From an uncultured Pelagibacteraceae bacterium (GTDB taxonomy: Bacteria; Pseudomonadota; Alphaproteobacteria; Pelagibacterales; Pelagibacteraceae), in assembly GCA_905612415.1 (NCBI GenBank), contig CAJQRW010000003.1, positions 4,845 to 68,844 of the forward strand: a DNA stretch of 64,000 bases. Reading direction: 5' to 3'. The notes below the pieces were generated by a model that ran no database searches, was not told where the DNA came from, and was given only the letters and a program-made list of their open reading frames with translations. Shown piece after piece: positions 9,621-20,700 of the stretch (position 1 is the stretch's first letter; each line of letters opens with the position of its first letter). The translations under genes and the position numbers were made by a program.

Positions 9621-10430
9621 ATGAATATATTATTATTAGGAGATATTGTAGGACCATCTGGCAGAAGAGCTGTATTAGAAAAGTTGCCAATTCTTGTCAA
9701 AAAAAATAAAATAGATTTTGTTATTTTAAATGGTGAAAACGCAGCAGACCCCGGTGTAGGCATAACAAAAGAAATAGTTGAAGAATTTTTTAAAGTTGGA
9801 GCGGATGTTATAACAACAGGCAATCATATTTGGGATCAAAGGGAAATTGTAGACTTTATTGACACTGAAAAAAGATTATTGCGCCCTCAAAACTTAACTG
9901 CAGGTTCTCCAGGAAATGGTTTTGGTATTTATATTACTAAAAACAATAAAAAAGTGGCTGTCATTAATTTAATGGGAAATGTTTTTATGAAAAAGTGTGA
10001 AGATGTTTTTCAAGAAGCAAATAAAATAATACAAACTATTAAATTAAAAAAAGACGCAGATTTCATAATAGTAGATATGCACGGAGAAACAACAAGCGAG
10101 AAAATGGCTATGGGGTATTTATTTGATGGAAAAGCAACAATGGTAGTTGGTACTCATACACATATCCCAACATCAGATCATAGAATTATGGAACAAGGTA
10201 CTGCATATCAAACAGATGTTGGTATGTGTGGAGATTATAATTCAGTTATCGGCATGAATAGAGATACTTCTTTAAAAAAATTTTTAAAAGATCCTTCTGC
10301 TAAAAAACACCATCCTGCACTTGGTGAAGCAACAATTTCGGGTTTAATGGTAATTGCTGATAACGACACTGGTTTAGCAAAAAAAGTTCAACCAATTATT
10401 TATGGTGGAATATTAGAAAGTACAGTTTAA
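9621..10430 (+). CDS. YmdB-like metallophosphoesterase (TIGR00282 family)
   Basis: 269 aa with MNILLLGDIVGPSGRRAV, NGENAA and TGNHIWD, motifs typical of the YmdB family. Confidence 0.88.
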   Translation: MNILLLGDIVGPSGRRAVLEKLPILVKKNKIDFVILNGENAADPGVGITKEIVEEFFKVGADVITTGNHIWDQREIVDFIDTEKRLLRPQNLTAGSPGNGFGIYITKNNKKVAVINLMGNVFMKKCEDVFQEANKIIQTIKLKKDADFIIVDMHGETTSEKMAMGYLFDGKATMVVGTHTHIPTSDHRIMEQGTAYQTDVGMCGDYNSVIGMNRDTSLKKFLKDPSAKKHHPALGEATISGLMVIADNDTGLAKKVQPIIYGGILESTV

Positions 10431-10433
10431 TAC

Positions 10434-11183
10434 ATGGCGGGTCATTCTCACTGGGCAGGCATTAAACATAAAAAAAGTAAAGCAGACAAGCTGAGATCCA
10501 AAATTTTTTCTAAACTATCAAAAGAAATCACAGTAGCAGCAAAACTTGGATCAAAAGATTCAGATATGAATCCAAGATTAAGATCAGCCATTGAATCAGC
10601 AAAAGAGGCCAATATGCCAAAAGAAAATATTGAAAGAGCAGTCAAAAAATCTGAAATGAATCCAAATTTAAATTATAATAATATTATTTATGAAGGATTC
10701 GGACCAGAAAAAATTGCTGTGATTGTAGAAGCTTTAACTGATAATAAAAATAGAACAGCTTCAAACATAAGAACAATATTTCAAAAAAATGGGGGAAATC
10801 TTGGAGAATCGGGTGTAGCCACCCATCAGTTTAAACAGGTAGGGATAATAAAAATTGAGAAAAATTTAATTTCAGAAAATGATATTTTAGAACTAGCAAT
10901 AAATTGTGGGGCCGATGATTGTTTATCTGTTGGAGATTACCATGAAGTTATTACTGAAAAAGATAATTTTTATAAAGTTAAAATTGAAATAGGGAAAAAA
11001 ATAAAAAAATTTGTATCATCTGGAATTGAATGGTTGCCAATGAATAAAATTGTATTAGATAAAGAAAAAACAAAGTCCGTATTAAGTTTTCTTGAAGCAT
11101 TAGAGGAGGACGATGATGTTCAATATGTTTATGCTAACTTAGAAATTGATAATATATCTTCATTGAAAGTTTTAACAACATGA
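10434..11183 (+). CDS. yebC: YebC/PmpR family DNA-binding transcriptional regulator
   Basis: 249 aa starting MAGHSHWAGIKHKK. Length and position upstream of a ruvC-type gene are typical. Confidence 0.93.
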   Translation: MAGHSHWAGIKHKKSKADKLRSKIFSKLSKEITVAAKLGSKDSDMNPRLRSAIESAKEANMPKENIERAVKKSEMNPNLNYNNIIYEGFGPEKIAVIVEALTDNKNRTASNIRTIFQKNGGNLGESGVATHQFKQVGIIKIEKNLISENDILELAINCGADDCLSVGDYHEVITEKDNFYKVKIEIGKKIKKFVSSGIEWLPMNKIVLDKEKTKSVLSFLEALEEDDDVQYVYANLEIDNISSLKVLTT

Positions 11184-11659
11184 TTATTATTGGTGTGGAC
11201 CCGGGAATAAGCGGAGCTATTAGTGTTATAGAAAATAAAAAAATTTTGGAAGTATATGATACTCCTACTATGATCGATGGAAAAAAAAATAAAAAACAAA
11301 TAAATAGTGCCCACGTCACCAATATTATTAAGGAAAGATTGAATTCTAACAAGGAGGTTATTGTTGTTGTTGAGCAAGTTAATGCAATGCCTGGACAAGG
11401 TGTGACTAGCATGTTTAATTTTGGTCAATCTTTTGGAGTTATCAAAGGAATCTGTGCAGCTTTAAGTTTGCCTATATATTTTGTAAGACCTGCAAAATGG
11501 AAAAAACATTTTAATTTGATTAAAACAAACAAAGATGCAAGCAGGACAAAAGTAATCGAAGCTTATCCTGAAATATCAAGCAAACTCCATAGAAAAAAAG
11601 ACTCAAATAGAGCTGATGCTATTTTAATAGCTCTATATTTCAACGATACCCAGCTTTAA
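11180..11659 (+). CDS. Divergent RuvC-fold Holliday junction resolvase
   Basis: 159 aa. Acidic residues are spaced as in RuvC: MIIIGVDPG (D7), VVVEQV (E65) and KKDSNRADAILIA (D141/D146). The gene overlaps the yebC stop by 4 nt, which is the ruvC position. The rest of the sequence is unlike canonical RuvC. Confidence 0.65.
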   Translation: MIIIGVDPGISGAISVIENKKILEVYDTPTMIDGKKNKKQINSAHVTNIIKERLNSNKEVIVVVEQVNAMPGQGVTSMFNFGQSFGVIKGICAALSLPIYFVRPAKWKKHFNLIKTNKDASRTKVIEAYPEISSKLHRKKDSNRADAILIALYFNDTQL

Positions 11660-11742
11660 TTTCAGTATAAAACAAGTTTATATAGCAAAATTAACACTTA
11701 AAATGCCAAATTCATGACACATTTAGATGCAAATTAACCATA

Positions 11743-12423
11743 ATGGAACAAGAAGTAGCAACACAAGTTGTTGGATTAGGTGGATCAACAGATTTTTCTC
11801 TTATCCAACTTTTTCTTAGAGCAGATTTTATTGTTAAAGGAGTAATTATAATATTAATTGCAGCATCGATTTACTCTTGGGCTTTAATTTTTGAAAAGTA
11901 TAAACTTTTTAAAAAAATAGAAAAAAGTACTACTATTTTTGAAGAAAAATTTTGGAAATCAAAATCAGCAGAAAGTTTTTATAATAGTTTAAATAATAGA
12001 GATAAAGATCCAGCAACTAACATATTTCAATCAGCCATGGCTGAATTAATAAAAACTAAGTCTAAAACATCAGCAGTTCAGTCTGCTAGAGTAAGTAGGG
12101 TTATAGAAATTTCCGCAAATAGAGAAATTATATTAATTGAAAAACATTTTACTTTTTTAGCCACAGTCGGATCTACCGCTCCATTTATAGGTTTATTTGG
12201 AACAGTTTGGGGAATAATGAATTCTTTTCAATCCATTGCCATTTCAAGGAACACTAGCCTAGCTATTGTGGCTCCTGGAATAGCCGAAGCACTTTTTGCA
12301 ACTGCTTTAGGATTGTTAGCTGCGATACCTGCGGTAGTTGCATACAACAAATTTAATAGCGACTCTAAAAGATATAGCAGTCGTATAGAAAATTTTTCTA
12401 AAAGATTTTTATCAATTATTTAA
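11743..12423 (+). CDS. tolQ: Tol-Pal system protein TolQ
   Basis: 226 aa MotA/TolQ/ExbB channel. The motifs are GSTAPFIGLFGTVWGIM and IAEALFATALGLLAAIPAV. It is the first gene of the tol cluster. Confidence 0.93.
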   Translation: MEQEVATQVVGLGGSTDFSLIQLFLRADFIVKGVIIILIAASIYSWALIFEKYKLFKKIEKSTTIFEEKFWKSKSAESFYNSLNNRDKDPATNIFQSAMAELIKTKSKTSAVQSARVSRVIEISANREIILIEKHFTFLATVGSTAPFIGLFGTVWGIMNSFQSIAISRNTSLAIVAPGIAEALFATALGLLAAIPAVVAYNKFNSDSKRYSSRIENFSKRFLSII

Positions 12424-12430
12424 ATAATTT

Positions 12431-12844
12431 ATGGGCTTTCAACTTAATCGTTCATCCAAGGAACCAATGAGCGAAATAAATGTTACACCTTTTGTTGATG
12501 TGATGCTTGTTTTGCTTATTATCTTTATGGTAACCGCACCATTACTAACCGTTGGTGTTCAGGTAGATTTGCCAGAATCAGCAGCAGACTCCTTACCTGA
12601 CGATCAAGAACCTCTAACTTTATCAATTAATTCCAAAGGAGAAGTTTTTATTCAAGAGCATCAAATAGCATTTAATGAAATAATTCCAAAAATTTTAGCT
12701 ATATCTAACAACAGGACTGACACAAGAATATATGTTAGAGGAGATAAAACCATTAATTACGGAAGAGTACTTGAAGTAATGGGAATGTTATCGGGAGGAG
12801 GTTTTTCAAAAGTTGCTCTGATATCTGAGCCATATAAGAATTGA
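12431..12844 (+). CDS. tolR: Tol-Pal system protein TolR (ExbD family)
   Basis: 137 aa with EINVTPFVDVMLVLLIIFMV. Confidence 0.92.
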   Translation: MGFQLNRSSKEPMSEINVTPFVDVMLVLLIIFMVTAPLLTVGVQVDLPESAADSLPDDQEPLTLSINSKGEVFIQEHQIAFNEIIPKILAISNNRTDTRIYVRGDKTINYGRVLEVMGMLSGGGFSKVALISEPYKN

Positions 12845-12845
12845 T

Positions 12846-13658
12846 ATGAACAGAAGTATATTCTTATCTCTAGCTTTTCATTCAATTATGATTGTTCTAA
12901 CTGCCCTAAGCTTACCTTTTATGATGAAATCACCAATTGATGTTCCCCCAATTTTAACAATTGATTTAATTCAAATTACTGACAAAACCAGTATTCCATT
13001 TGCAGCCAAAGCATCAAAAATTCTTGAAAAACTAAAAAAAGAAGAGGAAAAAAGGATAGTCTCACAACAAGCTCCTCCATCAGAGAAAAAAAAAGAAAAG
13101 CCAGATAGAATTGCTTTACCTGATGATTTAAATAAAGAAAAGAAAAAAATAGTCAAAAAAAAACAAAACCCAAAAGAAGTCAAAGATGAAATTAGACAAG
13201 CATCTGAATTTGAAAAAAAAGAACTTTTTGACCCAAGTCAAATAGCGGCTCTAATCGACAAATCTAAAGAAGATAATGCAGAAACTCTAAAGAAAAATAA
13301 TAAACTTACTCAAAACAGTGTTAAAAATGCATTTAGCAATGCATTAACTTTAAGCCAAGAAGATGCTTTAAAAGCCCAAATTTTTGGTTGTTGGAGTTTG
13401 CCTTTAGGTTTACCTTATCAAAAAAATTTAATGGTAAAAATTAAACTTAAACTAAAACCAGATGGAACAGTGCTGAGATCAGAGATATTAGATCATGCTA
13501 GAATGAATCAACCAGGACAAGGTTTTTATAAAGTTTTAGCCGAAAGCGCTCTAAGAGCAATTAGAATTTGTCAACCACTTAGAGTTCCGCCTACCGGATA
13601 TGAAAAATGGAAAGATTTACAATTGAACTTTGATGCTAACGAAATGTTGAAAGGATAA
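12846..13658 (+). CDS. tolA: TolA-like envelope-spanning protein
   Basis: 270 aa with an N-terminal TM helix, a K/E-rich linker (KKEEEKR...KKKEKP...[15 protein letters not shown]) and a C-terminal globular domain. It lies between tolR and tolB. Confidence 0.8.
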   Translation: MNRSIFLSLAFHSIMIVLTALSLPFMMKSPIDVPPILTIDLIQITDKTSIPFAAKASKILEKLKKEEEKRIVSQQAPPSEKKKEKPDRIALPDDLNKEKKKIVKKKQNPKEVKDEIRQASEFEKKELFDPSQIAALIDKSKEDNAETLKKNNKLTQNSVKNAFSNALTLSQEDALKAQIFGCWSLPLGLPYQKNLMVKIKLKLKPDGTVLRSEILDHARMNQPGQGFYKVLAESALRAIRICQPLRVPPTGYEKWKDLQLNFDANEMLKG

Positions 13659-13660
13659 CT

Positions 13661-15004
13661 ATGAAAAAAATATTATTAATTATTTTTTATTTATTTGCTT
13701 TTAACAATTCTCTTTATGCAATAGTTGAAGTTGACATAACTAGAGGAAACCTTGACCCTTTACCAATTGCTGTTTCACCTCTTTATATTGAGCCTGGCTC
13801 AGAAGACATTACACAAAACGGAAAAATAATAAAGAATATTGGAGAAGAGATTGCAAAAGTTATTGAAAAAAATTTTAAAAGGTCTGGACTATTTAACCCT
13901 CTTAAAAAAGAATCTTTTGTTCAAAATCCAGATGTGGCCCACATCAAACCAAGATTTGAAGATTGGAGATTAATAAAAGCTCAAGCTTTAGTAACTGGCA
14001 AAGTGACAATCTCAGAAGATAAACTAAGAGCAGAGTTTAGATTATGGGATGTGGTGGCAGCAAAAGAAATGGTTGCTCTTGCGTTTTCCACAACACCAGA
14101 TAACTGGAGAAGAGTAGCTCATATAATTTCAGATAAAATTTATCAAAGACTAACCGGTGAAGAAGGTTATTTCGATACACGTATTATTTATGTTTCTGAA
14201 ACTGGAGAGAAAACTCAAAGAGTAAAAAAATTAGCAATCATGGATCAAGATGGCGCTAATATTAAATATTTAACTTTAGGAAACGAGCTAGTGCTAACTC
14301 CACGATTTAGTCCAAAAAATCAGTTAGTAACTTATTTATCTTATTTTAAAAATTTACCACGTGTATATTTACTTGATATAGAAACTGGTGTTCAAGAAGT
14401 TGTTGGTGATTTTCCAGGAATGACTTTTGCTCCAAGATTTTCTCCTAATGGAGAAAAAATTATTATGAGTTTTGCAAAAGACGGAAACTCAGATATTTAT
14501 ACAATGAATTTAAAGGATCGTGTTGTTGAAAAAATTACAGACCATACATCTATTGACACTTCTCCTTCTTATTCTCCAGACGGCAAATATATCTGCTTTA
14601 ACTCTGACAGAAGTGGTTTACAACAAATTTATGTAATGAGAAGTGATGGTTCCCAAGTTAAAAGAATAACATTTGGAAAAGGATTATATGGAACGCCTGT
14701 GTGGTCCCCAAGAGGAGATCTTATTGCATTTACAAAAGTTCATAAAGGAAAGTTTTTTATCGGAGTTATGAGACCCGATGGTAGTGGAGAAAGACTATTA
14801 ACTGAAAATTTTTACCAGGAGGCGCCTTCTTGGTCTCCAAACGGAAGAGTTTTAGTTTTTTATAGAGAAACAAAAACAGATTCTGATGGCAAAGGATTTT
14901 CAACTAAATTATGGTCCATTGACCTAACCGGGTACAATGAAAGACTAATTAAGACTGAAACTGACGGTTCAGACCCATCTTGGTCCTCTTTATTGTCAAA
15001 GTAA
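13661..15004 (+). CDS. tolB: Tol-Pal system beta-propeller protein TolB
   Basis: 447 aa with a signal peptide and repeated P.(F/W)SP(D/N)G propeller motifs ([34 protein letters not shown]). Confidence 0.95.
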   Translation: MKKILLIIFYLFAFNNSLYAIVEVDITRGNLDPLPIAVSPLYIEPGSEDITQNGKIIKNIGEEIAKVIEKNFKRSGLFNPLKKESFVQNPDVAHIKPRFEDWRLIKAQALVTGKVTISEDKLRAEFRLWDVVAAKEMVALAFSTTPDNWRRVAHIISDKIYQRLTGEEGYFDTRIIYVSETGEKTQRVKKLAIMDQDGANIKYLTLGNELVLTPRFSPKNQLVTYLSYFKNLPRVYLLDIETGVQEVVGDFPGMTFAPRFSPNGEKIIMSFAKDGNSDIYTMNLKDRVVEKITDHTSIDTSPSYSPDGKYICFNSDRSGLQQIYVMRSDGSQVKRITFGKGLYGTPVWSPRGDLIAFTKVHKGKFFIGVMRPDGSGERLLTENFYQEAPSWSPNGRVLVFYRETKTDSDGKGFSTKLWSIDLTGYNERLIKTETDGSDPSWSSLLSK

Positions 15005-15108
15005 GCATTAATAGCGCAAAAATTAGACTTGCAACTTGAACGGTATTTTGAAATGTTGTATTAGAACTAAATCAGATAGATTAAAAAATAATAATTAGGA
15101 GAAATTTT

Positions 15109-15576
15109 ATGAATTTAAAAAAGTTTTTAATAATAATTGCTGCGGGTTTAACTTTAACTGCTTGCGCTTCTGGGACAAAAAAATCTGGAAAAATGCAAGG
15201 GGATGTTTATACGGGAAGTGCTACTATTGAATATTTAGCAACAGGGGTTGCTGATAGAGTTTTCTTCGCATCTAATAAATCGACTTTAACAACAGCAGCT
15301 CGAGATATACTAAGAAAACAAGCTGCTTGGATGAGAAAGAAAAAAGATCTTACTTTTACAATTGAAGGTCATGCTGATGAAAGAGGCACAAGAGAATATA
15401 ACTTAGCGCTTGGCGAAAGAAGAGCTAATGCAGCTAAAGATTATTTAATGACTTATGGTATTTCTGGAAGCAGACTATCAGTTATTAGTTATGGAAAAGA
15501 AAGACCAGTAAATTCTGGTTCAACTCCATTAGCTTGGTCTCAAAATAGAAGATCAGTTACAGTCAAAGCTAACTAA
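15109..15576 (+). CDS. pal: Peptidoglycan-associated lipoprotein Pal
   Basis: 155 aa with the lipobox LTLTAC and an OmpA-like domain (GHADERGTREYNLALGERRANA). AGGAG lies upstream of the ATG. Confidence 0.93.
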   Translation: MNLKKFLIIIAAGLTLTACASGTKKSGKMQGDVYTGSATIEYLATGVADRVFFASNKSTLTTAARDILRKQAAWMRKKKDLTFTIEGHADERGTREYNLALGERRANAAKDYLMTYGISGSRLSVISYGKERPVNSGSTPLAWSQNRRSVTVKAN

Positions 15577-15597
15577 TATAAAAATAAAATTTAAAAA

Positions 15598-15632
15598 GAC
15601 CTGCAAAATTAAATTTTGCGGGTCTTTTTTTT
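15598..15632 (+). terminator. Rho-independent terminator after pal
   Basis: GACCTGCAAAAT (15598-15609), a 3-nt loop, then ATTTTGCGGGTC (15613-15624). This gives a 12-bp stem with one G-U pair, followed by T8 (15625-15632). Confidence 0.8.
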
Positions 15633-15663
15633 GCCTTATTTTTTATTAAACATCACATAATCT

Positions 15664-16620
15664 ATGAACAAAATTATTAAATTAACCATTAATACAATTT
15701 TAATTTTTTTACTAATTATTTTGAATTCACACAAAGTTTATTCTGATGAGATAGAGACGGTACTAAAACAATTAAAAGATGATTTAAAAACTTTAGAAAA
15801 AGCTGTTTATAGCGAAGATTTAAGAAGTGGCTCTAAAAGTATAAATTTATCAGATGGAAGCAACGATGTTTTGACAAAGCATTTATTAAAACTTTCAGAA
15901 TTAGAAGAGCAGTTTCAGATTTTAACAAATAACTTTGAAGAAATTAACTTTAAATTAGATAAAATATCTAGCAGAATTACAAAAGTTCAATCAGATAATC
16001 AGATACGTTTTCAAGATTTAGAAACAAATGGAATTAATAGCGATAACAGTTTAGTTAAAAATAAAATTAAAAAATTACCAGGCAGCAGTGAAGCTCAAGA
16101 TTTAGGAGGTGTATCAGATTCAGATTTAGCCGCATTAGAGAAAGTTCAGCAAACTCAGTCAGTAGAATCTGCCGGCACAGTAATAACTGAAAGTGCTTCT
16201 AGAGCAGAAAAAATTCTGCCAGACACCACTCCAGAAGAACAGTATAAATTTGCAGTAAGTTTTGTAAAAGTGGGAGATTATGAAACTGCAGAAATAGCCT
16301 TAAGAGAGTTTGTTGATGGAAATCCAAATCATGAATTGGCAGGAAATGCACAATATTGGTATGGTGAAACTTTTAGAGTCAGGCAACTTTATCAAGATGC
16401 AGCAACAGCATATTTAAATGGATATCAAAAATACCCAAAGAGTAGCAAGGCGCCAGTCAATTTACTTAAACTAGGCGTTATGCTGGTTCAGATTGGTGAA
16501 AAAGAACAGGGGTGCTCAATGATTCTAGGAGTAAAAAAGCAATATCCGAAAGCAAATCAATCTGTTATTCAAAAATCTGAATATGAAAAGAAAAAATTCA
16601 ATTGCGATAAAAAAAGTTAA
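15664..16620 (+). CDS. cpoB: Tol-Pal associated cell division coordinator CpoB/YbgF
   Basis: 318 aa with a signal peptide, a coiled coil and C-terminal TPR repeats (YKFAVSFVKVGDYETAEIALREF...AQYWYGETF). It lies downstream of pal. Confidence 0.88.
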   Translation: MNKIIKLTINTILIFLLIILNSHKVYSDEIETVLKQLKDDLKTLEKAVYSEDLRSGSKSINLSDGSNDVLTKHLLKLSELEEQFQILTNNFEEINFKLDKISSRITKVQSDNQIRFQDLETNGINSDNSLVKNKIKKLPGSSEAQDLGGVSDSDLAALEKVQQTQSVESAGTVITESASRAEKILPDTTPEEQYKFAVSFVKVGDYETAEIALREFVDGNPNHELAGNAQYWYGETFRVRQLYQDAATAYLNGYQKYPKSSKAPVNLLKLGVMLVQIGEKEQGCSMILGVKKQYPKANQSVIQKSEYEKKKFNCDKKS

Positions 16621-17656
16621 AAGTAATAAATTATTATTTAAAAACTCTAAAATTCTAAATTTTTACGAAAAATTTAAACACGAACTCTTTAAAAATATTA
16701 AAGTTAAAGATTTTGCTTTAGCTGTGTCTGGTGGTGCAGACAGCTTGTGTTTAGCTTATTTTAGTAAAATTTATTCACAGGAGTTCAGAATCAAAATTCA
16801 TGTTTTGATAGTAGACCACAATCTTAGAAAAGAATCTCATAAAGAAGCGTTAAAAGTTAAGACCATTTTAAAAAAAAATAAAATTTCTAGTGTAATATTA
16901 AAATGGAAAGGAAATGTTCCAATAAAAAATATACAAAAAAATGCAAGGGATTTAAGGTATTTTTTAATATCCAATTACTGTATAAAAAATAAAATCAAGT
17001 ATTTAACTACTGCCCACCATGAAGATGATCAAATAGAAAATTTTTTTATAAGATTGTTAAGAGGCAGTGGTTTAACTGGTTTATCATCTATGGCGACTGA
17101 AGTGAATTATAGTAAAAGTCTAAAAATTATAAGACCTTTTTTGATGTTTCAAAAAAAGGATTTAAAATATGTTACTTTAAATTATTTTAAAAATTATATT
17201 AAGGATCCCTCAAATAAAGATGAAAAATTTTTACGCGTAAGAGTAAGAAAATATAAAAGAAGCATGGAGAAAGAAGGTTTGGATACTAGAAAAATTATTA
17301 AAACGGTGAATAATCTTATATCTGCAAACCAAGCAATAAATTTTTATAAAAATGAATCATTAAATAAGCATGCTTCTTTTTCCTCTAAAAACATATGCAC
17401 AATAAGTAAAAAAATATTTAAGCAGGAAGCTGGAGAAGTTATTTTTAAATCCTTTTCTGACGTCTTGTCACTTGTGTCAGGCACATATTATCCACCAAGA
17501 TCTAAAAAAATTGTAAGCTTAATTGAGAGGTTAAAAAGAAAAAATTTTATAAAATCAACTTTAGGTGGGTGCACTATTGAAGAAAGAAATAATTCTATTG
17601 TAATTATAAAAGAGTTAAAAAATAAGAAAAACCCACAATCAACCTCAAAAATATGA
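16583..17656 (+). CDS. tilS: tRNA(Ile)-lysidine synthetase
   Basis: 357 aa with the PP-loop LAVSGGADSLCL. The ATG at 16583 overlaps cpoB by 38 nt, and there is no later canonical start before the PP-loop. Confidence 0.88.
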   Translation: MKRKNSIAIKKVKSNKLLFKNSKILNFYEKFKHELFKNIKVKDFALAVSGGADSLCLAYFSKIYSQEFRIKIHVLIVDHNLRKESHKEALKVKTILKKNKISSVILKWKGNVPIKNIQKNARDLRYFLISNYCIKNKIKYLTTAHHEDDQIENFFIRLLRGSGLTGLSSMATEVNYSKSLKIIRPFLMFQKKDLKYVTLNYFKNYIKDPSNKDEKFLRVRVRKYKRSMEKEGLDTRKIIKTVNNLISANQAINFYKNESLNKHASFSSKNICTISKKIFKQEAGEVIFKSFSDVLSLVSGTYYPPRSKKIVSLIERLKRKNFIKSTLGGCTIEERNNSIVIIKELKNKKNPQSTSKI

Positions 17657-17724
17657 GTTTTATTAATATATGGTACCAAATACCCACTTGTTTACTTAAA
17701 AATAATGATTATCTTTAAAGTAAT

Positions 17725-19614
17725 ATGAATTTAAAAAATTTGATGATGTGGGGAGTTATAGTTGCCCTCGTTATGGGGCTTTTTCAATTATTCCAAAACC
17801 CTAAAAATACTACGATTTCAGACAAAATGACTTTCTCTGAATTTTTAACAAATATTGATAATGGCAGAGTTGTTCAAGTAGAAATTCAAGGTAATAATAT
17901 TAATGGGCTATTATCAGATGGAAAAGTCTTTAAAACTTACGCTCCAAACGATCCAAATTTAGTTGAAAAATTAACTTCAAAAGGTGTGAGTATAACAGCG
18001 GCACCGCTTGAAGATAAAATGCCTTCAATATTAGGAGTTTTGCTTTCATGGTTTCCAATGCTTTTACTTATTGCTGTATGGATATTTTTTATGCGTCAAA
18101 TGCAAGGTGGAAAAGGGGGAGCGATGGGCTTTGGAAAATCCAAAGCAAAACTTTTATCTGAGGCTAGAGGAAAGGTAACATTTAATGATGTTGCTGGAAT
18201 TGATGAAGCAAAGGAAGAAGTTGAAGAAATAATAGAATTTTTGAGAGACCCTAGAAAATTTAAAAGACTTGGTGGAAAAATTCCAAAAGGAGCACTTTTA
18301 ATTGGTCCTCCAGGCACTGGAAAAACTTTACTTGCAAAAGCAATAGCGGGCGAAGCGGATGTGCCTTTTTTTACAATCTCAGGTTCAGATTTTGTTGAAA
18401 TGTTTGTTGGTGTAGGAGCTGCAAGAGTAAGAGATATGATGGAGCAAGGAAAAAAAAATGCACCTTGCATAATTTTTATAGACGAGATAGATGCCGTGGG
18501 AAGAAGTAGAGGAGCTGGCCTTGGAGGAGGAAACGATGAGAGAGAACAAACATTAAATCAATTACTTGTTGAAATGGATGGCTTTGAAACAAACGAAGGT
18601 GTAATAATAATTGCGGCAACTAACAGACCTGATGTTTTAGACCCTGCTTTGCTTAGACCAGGAAGATTTGATAGGCAAGTTGTGGTCGCTAATCCTGATA
18701 TAATTGGAAGAGAAGCGATTTTAAAAGTACATATTAAAAAAATAAATGTTGGACCAGATGTTAAGTTAAGAACTATAGCAAGAGGAACACCAGGTTTTTC
18801 AGGAGCAGATTTAGCAAATTTATGTAATGAGTCAGCTTTATTAGCTGCTAGAAAAAATAAAAGAATTGTTACTATGATCGACATTGAAGAGGCAAAAGAT
18901 AAAGTGATGATGGGCGCCGAAAGAAGATCAATGGTTATGACAGATGATGATAAAAAATTAACTGCATATCATGAAGGGGGTCACGCAATTATTGCTTTAA
19001 ACGAAAAAGCTTCTGATCCAATTCACAAAGCAACAATCATTCCAAGAGGAAGAGCTTTAGGCGTAGTCTGGACTTTGCCAGAAAGAGATAAATATTCTCA
19101 TACTAGAGAATATATGGAAGCAAACATCTCAAAAGCTATGGGTGGTAGAGTAGCTGAAGAAATGATCTTTGGTCATGAAAAAGTGACATCAGGAGCTTCT
19201 TCAGATATATCAATGGCAACAAAGTTAGCAAAAGATATGGTAACAAAATATGGAATGAGCGCTGAGTTAGGACCTTTATCATATGGAGACAATGAGGATG
19301 AAGTTTTCCTAGGAAGACAAATTGCAAGACAAACACACATGTCGGAAGATACTTCAAGAAAAGTTGATATCGAAATTAAAAAAATTGTAGATACAGGCTA
19401 CCAAAGAGCAAAAAAAATACTTACTGAAAAGATTGATGATTTGCATAAATTAGCTAAAGCACTTCTTATGTACGAAACTTTGAGCGGTGATGAGATAAAG
19501 GATTTAATATTAAAAAATATTGAACCAAAAAGAACAGTTGATAAAGATGTTTACAATAAAGAGGAAACTTCATCCTTAGGGTCATTAGGTTTAAAGCCAA
19601 AAACTGCACATTAA
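17725..19614 (+). CDS. ftsH: ATP-dependent zinc metalloprotease FtsH
   Basis: 629 aa with Walker A GPPGTGKT, Walker [10 protein letters not shown], the SRH region and the zinc site HEGGHA. Confidence 0.97.
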   Translation: MNLKNLMMWGVIVALVMGLFQLFQNPKNTTISDKMTFSEFLTNIDNGRVVQVEIQGNNINGLLSDGKVFKTYAPNDPNLVEKLTSKGVSITAAPLEDKMPSILGVLLSWFPMLLLIAVWIFFMRQMQGGKGGAMGFGKSKAKLLSEARGKVTFNDVAGIDEAKEEVEEIIEFLRDPRKFKRLGGKIPKGALLIGPPGTGKTLLAKAIAGEADVPFFTISGSDFVEMFVGVGAARVRDMMEQGKKNAPCIIFIDEIDAVGRSRGAGLGGGNDEREQTLNQLLVEMDGFETNEGVIIIAATNRPDVLDPALLRPGRFDRQVVVANPDIIGREAILKVHIKKINVGPDVKLRTIARGTPGFSGADLANLCNESALLAARKNKRIVTMIDIEEAKDKVMMGAERRSMVMTDDDKKLTAYHEGGHAIIALNEKASDPIHKATIIPRGRALGVVWTLPERDKYSHTREYMEANISKAMGGRVAEEMIFGHEKVTSGASSDISMATKLAKDMVTKYGMSAELGPLSYGDNEDEVFLGRQIARQTHMSEDTSRKVDIEIKKIVDTGYQRAKKILTEKIDDLHKLAKALLMYETLSGDEIKDLILKNIEPKRTVDKDVYNKEETSSLGSLGLKPKTAH

Positions 19615-19620
19615 CTTTTA

Positions 19621-20697
19621 ATGCAAAAATATTACACAAGACCGTGTAATTTCTATTATGGGAATAATGCAAAAAAACTTATTAATAATAAAAAAGCTTT
19701 ATCACTAGCAGGAAACCCAAAAATAGCTTTTGATCAAGTCGAAATAATTATAAGAAATAAAAAAAAGTTAATTAAAAGCAGCTATCATTCTATTAAAAAT
19801 ATAAAAAAGTTTAAAAAATTATTACTTAATAGCGTAAAACAAGATTTAAAAAAAATAACATCGAAACGAAAAACTTCTTTAGGGATAAAATTTAACAATC
19901 CACAAATTATGGGTATTCTTAATATAACTCCTGACAGTTTTTCCGACGGAGGTTTGTATTTTAATAAATCAAAAGCCTTTAAACAAGCTTTACATATGAT
20001 AAAAAGTGGAGCACAAATTATTGATGTAGGTGGAGAGTCGACTAAGCCAGGATCAAAAACCATTAGTAAAAAAAAAGAATGGAGTAGAGTCAAAAATTTT
20101 ATTATAAAATTTAAAAAATATTTTTCAAATATACCGTTATCTTTAGATACAAGAAAATCTTATGTTATGGAAAAAGGAATAGAAAATAATGTTGATATTA
20201 TTAATGATGTTTCTGGGTTAAATTTTGATAAAAAATCTTTCAAAGTTATAAATGAAAAAAAAATTCCTTTTATTTTACATCACATGCAAGGCGCTCCCCA
20301 AACAATGCAAAAAAATCCAAGGTATGACGATGCTTTACTTGATGTTTATGATTTCTTTGAAGAAAAAATTAATTCGCTAATAAAAAAAAAATATGACAAG
20401 AATCTTATTATAATAGATCCTGGTATAGGATTTGGAAAAAATTTAAAACATAATCTAAGAATTATGTCTAAAATTTCATTACTTCATAGTCTAGGCTGTC
20501 CTATATTGATTGGAACTTCACGAAAAAGATTTATAGAACATATTGTAACAAAATTTGACACAGCAGATCGAACAGGAGGTACTATTGCCTCAGTGTTGTA
20601 TGGACTTTCACAAGGAGTTCAGTTATTCAGAGTTCATAATGTTAAAGAAATTAATCAAGGAATATTAGTTTTTAATAAAATTTTAAATACAAATTAA
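19621..20697 (+). CDS. folP: Dihydropteroate synthase with an N-terminal extension of about 95 aa
   Basis: The core starts at MGILNITPDSFSDGG (residue 97), with DVGGESTKPG and a GIGFGK-type motif. I kept the extension because YYTRP...LSLAGNPKIAFDQVEI resembles the N-terminal region I recall in other alphaproteobacterial DHPS proteins. Confidence 0.88.
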   Translation: MQKYYTRPCNFYYGNNAKKLINNKKALSLAGNPKIAFDQVEIIIRNKKKLIKSSYHSIKNIKKFKKLLLNSVKQDLKKITSKRKTSLGIKFNNPQIMGILNITPDSFSDGGLYFNKSKAFKQALHMIKSGAQIIDVGGESTKPGSKTISKKKEWSRVKNFIIKFKKYFSNIPLSLDTRKSYVMEKGIENNVDIINDVSGLNFDKKSFKVINEKKIPFILHHMQGAPQTMQKNPRYDDALLDVYDFFEEKINSLIKKKYDKNLIIIDPGIGFGKNLKHNLRIMSKISLLHSLGCPILIGTSRKRFIEHIVTKFDTADRTGGTIASVLYGLSQGVQLFRVHNVKEINQGILVFNKILNTN

Positions 20698-20700
20698 TTC

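Noticed and set aside
13020-13200. A-rich low-complexity tract.
   Set aside because: It encodes the K/E-rich linker of the TolA-like protein, which is an expected feature of TolA and not a separate element.
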